Source: Paragordius varius
Taxonomy: Eukaryota > Animalia > Nematomorpha
Reading direction: 5' to 3'
NCBI GenBank assembly: GCA_964247055.1
Contig: OZ176056.1
Coordinates: forward strand, 9,052,001-9,116,000
Length of the DNA stretch: 64,000 nucleotides
Shown: in pieces, positions 53,801 to 64,000 of the stretch
How positions within the stretch are numbered: the stretch's first letter is position 1
How the letters are laid out: every line of letters begins with the position of its first letter
Program-made: the position numbers and the translations under genes
The notes under the pieces: generated by a model
The model's input: the letters and a program-made list of their open reading frames with translations, nothing else
Databases searched by the model: none
What the model was told of the DNA's origin: nothing

Positions 53801-56800
53801 TGGCCTATTTCAAAAAACGGGCGAAGCTATTGTCGGGGCATTCATTCAAGATTATATTTTTTCGATGTTTGTATTTGAATGGGTCTACCGGTTTTCCTGT
53901 AGCAGATCACAAAGCCAGGATTTTCCATTTTTATAAATATATAGATTACTATAAATAATATTTTATTATCCATATTAAACATCCTATAAATATGATAGAT
54001 ACTCCTTACTCAGCAGCTATCATCAAAGAAACGCTTGACTAAAATTTTTGCCTTTAAAGAGGAATACTAAAAATCCTTTACGAATTTTTACAGTCTTATA
54101 CCTTGGGCAGAAAAACAATCAAAAAATTATTTTTGTGGACTTTGTTTTTTTTGAAAAAGGTGGCATTTTACGGGGGGGAGCGGGTAAAAAGAGGGACTAA
54201 GTTAAAAAATCGAGACGACTATGTTCGGCGCAATCGAAAATAACTAAATAAAAATCATATTTGAAATTGAATGGTCCAACACGTTCTCCGGAAATACACG
54301 ATATTTGTGGACTTCTGTTTTCAAAAAAAAACCGTTTTTCACACGGGGTGGGCCCGAACTTTGGCCTATTTCAAAAAACGGGCGAAGCTATTGTCGGGGC
54401 ATTCATTCAAGATTATATTTTTTCGATGTTTGTATTTGAATGGGTCTACCGGTTTTCCTGTAGCAGATCACAAAGCCAGGATTTTCCATTTTTATAAATA
54501 TATAGATTACTATAAAGAATGTTTTATTATCCATATTAAACATCCTATACATATGATAGATACTCCTTACTCAGCAGCTATCATCAAAGAAACGCTTGAC
54601 TAAAATTTTTGCCTTTAAAGAGGAATACTAAAAATCCTTTACGAATTTTTACAGTCTTATACCTTGGGCAGAAAAACAATCAAAAAATTATTTTTGTGGA
54701 TTTTGTTTTTTTTTGAAAAAGGTGGCATTTTACGCGGGGAGCGGGTAAAAAGAGGGACTAAGTTAAAAAAGCGAGACGACTATGTTCGGCGCAATCGAAA
54801 ATAACTAAATAAAAATCATATTTGAAATTGGATGGTCCAACACGTTCTCCGGAAAATTGTCTCAAAGACACGATTTTTGTGGACTTATGTTTTCAAAAAA
54901 AACCGTTTTTAACACGGGGCGGGCCCGAACTGGGGGCCTATTTCAAAAAACGGGCGAAGCTATTGTCGAAGCATTCATTCAAGATTATATTTTTATAATG
55001 TTTGGATTTGAATGGGTCTACCGGTCTTCCTGTAGCAGATCACAAAGCCAGCATTTTCCATTTTTATAAATATATAGATTACCATAAATAATGTTTTATT
55101 ATCCATATATCTTTTAACATCCTATACATATGATAGATACTCCTTACTCAGCAGCTATCATCAAAGAAACGCTTGACTAAAATTTTTGCCTTTAAAGATG
55201 AATACTAAAAATCCTTTACGAATTTTTACAGTCTTATACCTTGGGCAGAAAAACAATCAAAAAATTATTTTTGTGGACTTTGTTTTTTTTGAAAAAGGTG
55301 GCATTTTACGGGGGGAGCGGGTAAAAAGAAGCCCTAAATCAAAAAAGTGAGTCGACTATGTTCAGCGCGATCGAAAATAGGAAAATATATTTGAAATTGG
55401 ATGGTCCAACACGTTCTCCGGAAATTTTCTCAAAGACACGATTTTTGTGGACTTATGTTTTCAAAAAAAACCGTTTTTCACACGGGGTGGGCCCGAACTG
55501 GGGGCCTATTTCAAAAAACGGGCGAAGCTATTCTCGGGACATTTATTAAAGATTATATTTTTTCGATGTTTGGATTTGAATGGGTCTACCGGTTTTCCTG
55601 TAGCAGATCACAAAGCCAGCATTTTCCATTTTTATAAATATATAGAATACCATAAATAATGTTTTATTATCCATATTTAACCCTATACATATGATAGATA
55701 CTCCTTACTCAGCAGCTATCATCAAAGAAACGTTTGACTAAAACTTTTGCCTTTTAAGAGGGAATACTAGAAATCCTTATCGAATATTTACAGTCTTATA
55801 CCTTGGGCTGAAGAACAATCAAAAAATTATTTTTGTGGACTTTGTTTTTTTTGAAAAAGGTGGCATTTTACGGGGGGAGCGGGTAAAAAGAGGGACTAAG
55901 TTAAAAAAGCGAGACGACTATGTTCGGCGCAATCGAAAATAACTAAATAAAAATCATATTTGAAATTGAATGGTCCAACACGTTCTCCGGAAAATTGTCT
56001 CAAAGACACGATTTTTGTGGACGTCTGTTTTCAAAAAAAACCCATTTTTCACACGGGGTGGGCCCGAACTGGGGGCCTATTTCAAAAAACGGGCGCAGCT
56101 ATTGTCAGGGCATTCATTCAAGATTATATTTTTTCGGTTTGGATTTGAATGGGTCTACCGGTTTTCCTGTAGCAGATCACAAAGCCAGCATTTTCCATTT
56201 TTATAAATATATAGATAACCATAAATAATGTTTTATTATCCATATATCTAACATCCTATATATATGATAGATACTCCTTACTCAGCAGCTATCATCAAAG
56301 AAACGGTGGACTAAAATTTTTGCCTTTTAACAGGGAATATGTGGAATCCATATTGAATTTTTACGGTCTCATAGCTTAGGCAAAAAATCGATTAAAAAAA
56401 ATATTTTTGTAGACTTTGTTTTCTGAAAAAGGTGGCATTTTACGGGGGGAGCGGGTAAAAAGAGGCCCTAAATCAAAAAAGTGAGTCGACTATGTTCAGC
56501 GCGATCGAAAATAAGAAAATTATATTTGAAATTGGATGGTCCAACACGTTCTCCGGAAAATTGTCTCAAAGACACGATTTTTGTGGACTTATGTTTTCAA
56601 AAAAAAACCGTTTTTAACACGGGGCGCGCCCGAACTGGGAGCCTATTTCAAAAAACGGGCGAAGCTATTGTCGAAGCATTCATTCAAGATTATATTTTTA
56701 TAATGTTTGGATTTGAATGGGTCTACCGGTCTTCCTGTAGCAGATCACAAAGCCAGCATTTTCCATTTTTATAAATATATAGATTACCATAAATAATGTT

Positions 56801-59800
56801 TTATTATCCATATATCTTTTAACATCCTATACATATGATAGATACTCCTTACTCAGCAGCTATCATCAAAGAAACGCTTGACTAAAATTTTTGCCTTTTA
56901 AGAGGGAACACTAAAAATCCTTTACGAATTTTTACAGTCTCATACCTTGGGCAGAAAAACAATCAAAAAACTATTTTTGTGGACTTTGTTTTTTTTTTTG
57001 AAAAAGGTGGCATTTTACGCGGGGAGCGGGTAAAAAGAGGGACTAAGTTTAAAAAGCGAGATGACTCTGTTCGGCGCAATCGAAAATAACTAAATAAAAA
57101 TCATATTTGAAATTGAATGGTCCAACACGTTCTCCTGAAAATTGTCTCAAAGACACAATTTTTGTGGACTTATGTTTTCAAAAAAAACCGTTTTTCACAC
57201 GGGGCATGCCCGAACTGGGGGCCTATTTCAAAAAACGGGCGAAGCTATTGTCGAAGCATTCATTCAAGATTATATTTTTATAATGTTTGGATTTGAATGG
57301 GTCTACCGGTTTTCCTGTAGCAGATCACAAAGCCAGCATTTTCCATTTTTATAAATATATAGATTACCATAAATAATGTTTTAATATCCATATTAACATC
57401 CTATACATATGATAGATACTCCTTACTCAGCAGCTATCATCAAAGAAACGCTTGACTAAAATTTTTGCCTTTTAAGAGGGAATACTAAAAATCCTTATCG
57501 AATTTTTACAGTCTCATACCTTGGGCAGAAAAACAATCAAAAAATTATTTTTGTGGACTTTGTTTTTTGAAAAAGGTGGCATTTTACGGGGGGAGCGGGT
57601 AAAAAGAGGGAATAAGTTAAAAATCGAGGCGACTATGTTCGGCGCAATCGAAAATAACTAAATAAAATCATATTTGAAATTGAATGGTCCAACACGTTCT
57701 CCGGAAAATTGTCTCAATGACACGTTTTTGTGGACGTCTGTTTTCAAAAAAAACCCATTTTTCACATGGGGTGGGCCCGAACTGGGGGTCTATTTCAAAA
57801 AACGGGCGAAGCTATTGTCGAGGCATTCATTCAAGATTATATTTTTTCGATGTTTGGATTTGAATGGGTCTACCGTTTTTCCTGTAGCAGATCACAAAGC
57901 CAGCATTTTCCATTTTTATAAATATATAGATTACTATAAATAATGTTTTAATATCCATATTAACATCCTATACATATGATAGATACTCCTTACTCAGCAG
58001 CTATCATCAAAGAAACGTTTGACTAAAACTTTTGCCTTTTAAGAGGGAATACTAGAAATCCTTATCGAATATTTACAGTCTTATACCTTGGGCTGAAAAA
58101 CAATCAAAAAATTATTTTTGTGGACTTTGTTTTTTTTTGAAAAAGGTGGCATTTTACGGGGGGAGCGGGTAAAAAGAGGGACTAAGTTAAAAAAGCGAGA
58201 CGACTATGTTCGGCGCAATCGAAAATAAGAAAATTATATTAGAAATTGGATGGTCCAACACGTTCTCCGGAAAATTGTCTCAAAGACACGATTTTTGTGG
58301 ATGTCTGTTTTCAAAAAAAACCCATTTTTCACATGGGGTGGGCCCGAACTGGGGGCTTATTTCAAAAAACGGGCTAAGCTATTGTCGAGGCATTCATTCA
58401 AGATTATATTTTTTCGATCTTTGGATTTGACTGGGTCTACCAGTTTTCCTGTAGCAGATCACAAAGCCAGCATTTTCCATTTTTATAAATATATAGATTA
58501 CTATAAATAATGTTTTATTATCCATATATCTTTTAACATCCTATACATATGATAGATACTCCTTACTCAGCAGCTATCATCAAAGAAACGCTTGACTAAA
58601 ATTTTTGCCTTTTAATAGGGAATACTAAAATATCGAATTTTTACAGTCTCATACCTTGGGCAGAAAAACAATCAAAAAATTATTTTTGTGGACTTTGTTT
58701 TTTTTGAAAAAGGTGGCATTTTACGTTGGGAGCGGGTAAAAAGAGGGACTAAGTTAAAAAAGCGAGACGACTATGTTCGGCGCAATCGAAAATAACTAAA
58801 TCAAAATCATATTTGAAATTGAATGGTCCAACACGTTCTCCGGATAATTCTGTCAAAGACACGATTTTTGTGGACGTCTGTTTTCAAAAAAAACCGTTTT
58901 TCACACGGGGTGGGCCCGAACTCGGGGCCTATTTCAAAAAATGGGCGAAGCTATTGTCGGAGCATTCATTCAAGATTATATTTTTTCGATGTTTGTATTT
59001 GAATGGGTCTACCGGTTTTCCTGTAGCAGATCACAAAGCCAGCATTTTCCATTTTTATAAATATATAGATTACTATAAATAATGTTTTATTATCCATATA
59101 TCTTTTAACATCCTATACATATGATAGATACTCCTTACTCAGCAGCTATCATCAAAGAAACGCTTGACTAAAATTTTTGCCTTTTAATAGGGAATACTAA
59201 AAATCCTTATCGAATTTTTACAGTCTCATACCTTGGGCAGAAAAACAATCAAAAAATTATTTTTGTGGACTTTGTTTTTTTTGAAAAAGGTGGCATTTTA
59301 CGGGGGGAGCGGGTAAAAAGAGGGACTAAGTTAAAAAAGCGAGACGACTATGTTCGGCGCAATCGAAAATAACTAAATCAAAATCATATTTGAAATTGAA
59401 TGGTCCAACACGTTCTCCGGATAATTCTGTCAAAGACACGATTTTTGTGGACGTCTGTTTTCAAAAAAAACCGTTTTTCACACGGGGTGGGCCCGAACTC
59501 GGGGCCTATTTCAAAAAACGGGCGAAGCTATTGTCGGGGCATTCATTCATGATTATATTTTTTCGATGTTTGGATTTGAATGGGTCTACCGGTTATCCTG
59601 TAGCAGATCACAAAGCCAGCATTTTCCATTTTTAAAATATATAGATTACTATAAATAATGTTTTATTATCCATATATCTAACATCCTATACATATGATAG
59701 ATACTCCTGACTCAGCAGCTATCATCAAAGAAACGCTTGACTAAAATTTTTGCCTTTTAAGAAGGAATACTAAAAATCCTTATCGAATTTTTACAGTCTC

Positions 59801-60365
59801 ATACCTTGGGCAGAAAAACAATCAAAAAATTATTTTTGTGGACTTTGTTTTTTTTTGAAAAAGATGGCATTTTACGGGGGGAGCGGGTAAAAAGAGGGAC
59901 TAAGTTAAAAAAGCGAGACGACTATGTTCGGCGCAATCGAAAATAACTATATCAAAATCATATTTGAAATTGAATGGTCCAACACGTTCTCCGGATAATT
60001 CTGTCAAAGACACGATTTTTGTGGACGTCTGTTTTCAAAAAAAACCGTTTTTCACACGGGGTGGGCCCGAACTCGGGGCCTATTTAAAAAAATGGGCGAA
60101 GCTATTGTCGGGGCATTCATTCAAGATTATATTTTTTCGATGTTTGTATTTGAATGGGTCTACCGGTTTTCCTGTAGCAGATCACAAAGCCAGCATTTTC
60201 CATTTTTATAAATATATAGATTACCATAAATAATGTTTTATTATCCATATATCTTTTAACATCCTATACATATGATAGATAATCCTTACTCAGCAGCTAT
60301 CATCAAAGAAACGCTTGACTAAAATTTTTGCCTTTTAAGAGGGAATACTAAAAATCCTTATCGAA

Positions 60366-60478
60366 TTTTAACTTAGTCCCTCTTTTTACCCGGTCCCAAC
60401 GTAAAATGCCACCTTTTTCAAAAAAAATAAAGTCCACAAAAATAATGTTTTGAATTTTTTTCTGCCTAAGGTATGAGA
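60366..60478 (-). other. 113 bp micro-inversion, second copy
   Basis: Same junctions as 17531-17643 (GAATTTTAACTTAG ... GGTATGAGAGACGAC). Carries CCCGGTCCC and a private AATAATGTTTT. Confidence 0.97.
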
Positions 60479-62080
60479 GACGACTATGTTCGGCGCAATC
60501 GAAAACAACTAAATAAAAATCATATTTGAAATTGAATGGTCCAACACGTTCTCCGGAAAATTCTCTCAAAGACACGATTTTTGTGGAAGTCTGTTTTCAA
60601 AAAAAAACCCATTTTTCACATGGGGTGGGCCCGAACTGGGGGTCTATTTCAAAAAACTGGCGAAGCTATTGTCGAGGCATTCATTCAAGATTATATTTTT
60701 TCGATGTTTGTATATGAATGGGTCTACCGGTTTTCCTGTAGCAGATCACAAAGCCAGCATTTTCCATTTTTATAAATATATAGATTACCATAAATAATGT
60801 TTTATTATCCATATATCTTTTAACATCCTATACATATGATAGATAATCCTTACTCAGCAGCTATCATCAAAGAAACGCTTGACAAAAATTTTTGCCTTTT
60901 AATAGGGAATACTAAAAATCCTTATCGAATTTTTACAGTCTCATACCTTGGGCAGAAAAACAATCAACAAATTATTTTTGTGCACTTTGTTTTTTTTTGA
61001 AAAAGGTGGCATTTTACGGGTGGAGCGGGTAAAAAGAGGCCCTAAATCAAAAAAGTGAGTCGACTATGTTCGGCGCAATCGAAAATAACTAAATAAAAAT
61101 TATATTTGAAATTGAATGGTTTAACACGTTCTCCGGAAAATTCTGTCAAAGACACGATTTTTGTGGACGTCTGTTTTAAAAAAAAACCGTTTTTCACACG
61201 GGGTGGGCCCGAACTGGGGGCCTATTTCAAAAAACGGGCGAAGCTATTGTCGGGGCATTCATTCATGATTATATTTTTTCGATGTTTGGATTTGAATGGG
61301 TCTACCGGTTATTCTGTAGCAGATCACAAAGCCAGCATTTTCCATTTTTAAAATATATAGATTACTATAAATAATGTTTTATTATCCATATATCTAACAT
61401 CCTATACATATGATAGATACTCCTGACTCAGCAGCTATCATCAAAGAAACGCTTGACTAAAATTTTTGCCTTTTAAGAAGGAATACTAAAAATCCTTATC
61501 GAATTTTTACAATCTCATACCTTAGGCAGAAAAACAATCAAAAAATTATTTTTGTGGACTTTGTTTTTTTTGAAAAAGGTGGCATTTTACGGGGGGAGCG
61601 GGTAAAAAGAGGGACTAAGTTAAAAAAGCGAGACGACTATGTTCGGCGCAATCGAAAATAACTATATCAAAATCATATTTGAAATTGAATGGTCCAACAC
61701 GTTCTCCGGATAATTCTGTCAAAGACACGATTTTTGTGGACGTCTGTTTTCAAAAAAAACCGTTTTTCACACGGGGTGGGCCCGAACTCGGGGCCTATTT
61801 AAAAAAATGGGCGAAGCTATTGTCGGGGCATTCATTCAAGATTATATTTTTTCGATGTTTGTATTTGAATGGGTCTACCGGTTTTCCTGTAGCAGATCAC
61901 AAAGCCAGCATTTTCCATTTTTATAAATATATAGATTACCATAAATAATGTTTTATTATCCATATATCTTTTAACATCCTATACATATGATAGATAATCC
62001 TTACTCAGCAGCTATCATCAAAGAAACGCTTGACTAAAATTTTTGCCTTTTAAGAGGGAATACTAAAAATCCTTATCGAA

Positions 62081-62193
62081 TTTTAACTTAGTCCCTCTTT
62101 TTACCCGGTCCCAACGTAAAATGCCACCTTTTTCAAAAAAAATAAAGTCCACAAAAATAATTTTTTGAATTTTTTTCTGCCTAAGGTATGAGA
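62081..62193 (-). other. 113 bp micro-inversion, third copy
   Basis: Same junctions; shares the CCCGGTCCC variant with the 60366 copy. Confidence 0.97.
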
Positions 62194-63299
62194 GACGACT
62201 ATGTTCGGCGCAATCGAAAACAACTAAATAAAAATCATATTTGAAATTGAATGGTCCAACACGTTCTCCGGAAAATTCTCTCAAAGACACGATTTTTGTG
62301 GACGTCTGTTTTCAAAAAAAAACCCATTTTTCACATGGGGTGGGCCCGAACTGGGGGTCTATTTCAAAAAACTGGCGAAGCTATTGTCGAGGCATTCATT
62401 CAAGATTATATTTTTTCGATGTTTGTATATGAATGGGTCTACCGGTTTTCCTGTAGCAGATCACAAAGCCAGCATTTTCCATTTTTATAAATATATAGAT
62501 TACCATAAATAATGTTTTATTATCCATATATCTTTTAACATCCTATACATATGATAGATAATCCTTACTCAGCAGCTATCATCAAAGAAACGCTTGACAA
62601 AAATTTTTGCCTTTTAATAGGGAATACTAAAAATCCTTATCGAATTTTTACAGTCTCATACCTTGGGCAGAAAAACAATCAACAAATTATTTTTGTGCAC
62701 TTTGTTTTTTTTTGAAAAAGGTGGCATTTTACGGGTGGAGCGGGTAAAAAGAGGCCCTAAATCAAAAAAGTGAGTCGACTATGTTCGGCGCAATCGAAAA
62801 TAACTAAATAAAAATTATATTTGAAATTGAATGGTTTAACACGTTCTCCGGAAAATTCTGTCAAAGACACGATTTTTGTGGACGTCTGTTTTAAAAAAAA
62901 ACCGTTTTTCACACGGGGTGGGCCCGAACTGGGGGCCTATTTCAAAAAACGGGCGAAGCTATTGTCGGGGCATTCATTCAATATTATATTTTTTCGATGT
63001 TTGGATTTGAATGGGTCTACCGGTTTTATTGTAGCAGATCACAAAGCCAGCGTTTTCCATTTTTATAAATATATGGATTACTATAAATAATGTTTTGTTA
63101 TCCATATATATTTTAACATCCTATACATATGATAGATACTCCTTACTCAGCAGCTATCATCAAAGAAACGCTTGACTAAAGTTTTTGCCTTTTAAGAGGG
63201 AATACTAAAAATCCTTATCGAATTTTTACAGTCTCATACCTTGGGCAGAAAAACAATCAAAAAATTATTTTTGTGGACTTTGTTTTTTTTGAAAAAGGT

Positions 63300-64000
63300 G
63301 GCATTTTACGGGGGGAGCGGGTAAAAAGAAGCCCTAAATCAAAAAAGTGAGTCGACTATGTTCAGCGCGATCGAAAATAGGAAAATATATTTGAAATTGG
63401 ATGGTCCAACACGTTCTCCGGAAATTTTCTCAAAGACACGATTTTTGTGGACTTATGTTTTCAAAAAAAACCGTTTTTCACACGGGGCGGGCCCGAACTG
63501 GGGGCCTATTTCAAAAAACGGGCGAAGCTATTCTCGGGACATTTATTAAAGATTATATTTTTTCGATGTTTGGATTTGAATGGGTCTACCGGTTTTCCTG
63601 TAGCAGATCACAAAGCCAGCATTTTCCATTTTTATAAATATATAGAATACCATAAATAATGTTTTATTATCCATATTTAACCCTATACATATGATAGATA
63701 CTCCTTACTCAGCAGCTATCATCAAAGAAACGTTTGACTAAAACTTTTGCCTTTTAAGAGGGAATACTAGAAATCCTTATCGAATATTTACAGTCTTATA
63801 CCTTGGGCTGAAAAACAATCAAAAAATTATTTTTGTGGACTTTGTTTTTTTTTGAAAAAGGTGGCATTTTACGGGGGGAGCGGGTAAAAAGAGGGACTAA
63901 GTTAAAAAAGCGAGACGACTATGTTCGGCGCAATCGAAAATAACTAAATAAAAATCATATTTGAAATTGAATGGTCCAACACGTTCTCCGGAAAATTGTC
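63300..64000 (+). repeat. Start of a further copy of the 13.07 kb / 55.32 kb segment (8000 bp, 14-monomer offset from 55358)
   Basis: AAAAAGAAGCCCTAAATC, GAAAATAGGAAAATATATTTG, ATTCTCGGGACATTTATTAAAG and CATATTTAACCCTATAC occur at 13.07-13.6 kb, 55.32-55.9 kb and 63.32-63.9 kb. The copy is truncated by the window end. Confidence 0.9.

Larger units (their letters stand above)
59930..62980 (+). repeat. Trimer tandem duplication (period 1715 bp) carrying the micro-inversion
   Basis: Matched monomers 59964/61679, 60526/62241, 61106/62821; inversion at 60366 and 62081. Confidence 0.92.
42740..63290 (+). repeat. Large block duplication, copy 2 (counterpart 400-19350)
   Basis: Same ordered series of private SNP and indel markers as 400-19350, with whole-monomer gains and losses. 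Confidence 0.9.
1..64000 (+). repeat. Tandem satellite DNA array, ~572 bp monomer, ~112 copies, all head-to-tail
   Basis: The anchor TTGAAATTG(A/G)ATGGTCCAACACGTTCTCCGGAAAA (TTAGAAATTGG in some copies) recurs at 523, 1098, 1673, 2252, 2827 ... 62821, 63391, 63960. A hand count gives 112 anchors. No unique sequence longer than ~60 bp interrupts the array, and it runs off both window ends. Confidence 0.99.

Noticed and set aside
1-63659. More than 200 short + strand ORFs (60-116 aa), e.g. MKLNGPTRSPEN..., MSQRHDF..., MVQHVLRK...
   Set aside because: They are three overlapping frames of the same satellite segment. Many start at TTG or GTG, frames swap with A/T homopolymer length, the peptides are F/K/I-rich as expected from A/T tracts, and I recognise no domain. 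There is no sign of frame conservation.
1-64000. CRISPR array or other repeat-spacer system
   Set aside because: There are no unique spacers between short identical repeats. The entire ~572 bp unit is repeated and no cas-like ORF is present.
1-64000. rDNA, 5S, tRNA or snRNA tandem gene array
   Set aside because: I see no recognisable rRNA, 5S, tRNA (A/B box, cloverleaf), U-snRNA or spliced-leader sequence in the monomer. An Rfam/Infernal scan would be the decisive check.
1-64000. Assignment to a named family (loose resemblance in style to the Drosophila 1.688 satellite or transposon-derived insect satellites)
   Set aside because: Only short motifs (CAGCAGCTA, G-run followed by A-run) are reminiscent, from memory. 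No terminal inverted repeats, target-site duplications or Helitron ends are visible. A Dfam/Repbase/BLASTN search is needed.
400-64000. Length variation of T7-T10 and A6-A10 runs as biological markers
   Set aside because: These cannot be separated from long-read homopolymer error without the reads, so I avoided relying on run length for any inference.

Overview
The whole window is one uninterrupted head-to-tail tandem satellite array: about 112 monomers, mostly 555-581 bp (mean about 572 bp), AT-rich at roughly two-thirds A+T by eye. It looks like eukaryotic heterochromatic or centromere-type DNA; I do not recognise the family or organism. I find no supportable protein-coding gene, RNA gene, transposon or CRISPR array. 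The ORF track is the same satellite monomer translated repeatedly, with frames broken by homopolymer length changes. The structure is hierarchical. The monomer hides an ancient ~180-184 bp internal duplication. Monomers are mosaics of alternative sequence cassettes. Local higher-order repeats of 2, 3, 4 and 5 monomers occur in blocks, and an 8.0 kb (14-monomer) repeat starts at the right edge. A ~19-20 kb block recurs about 42.3-42.8 kb (74 monomers) downstream. The point anomalies are a 113 bp micro-inversion in three copies, one short divergent monomer at ~50.35-50.85 kb, and datable gene-conversion-like tracts. All counts and alignments were done by hand.
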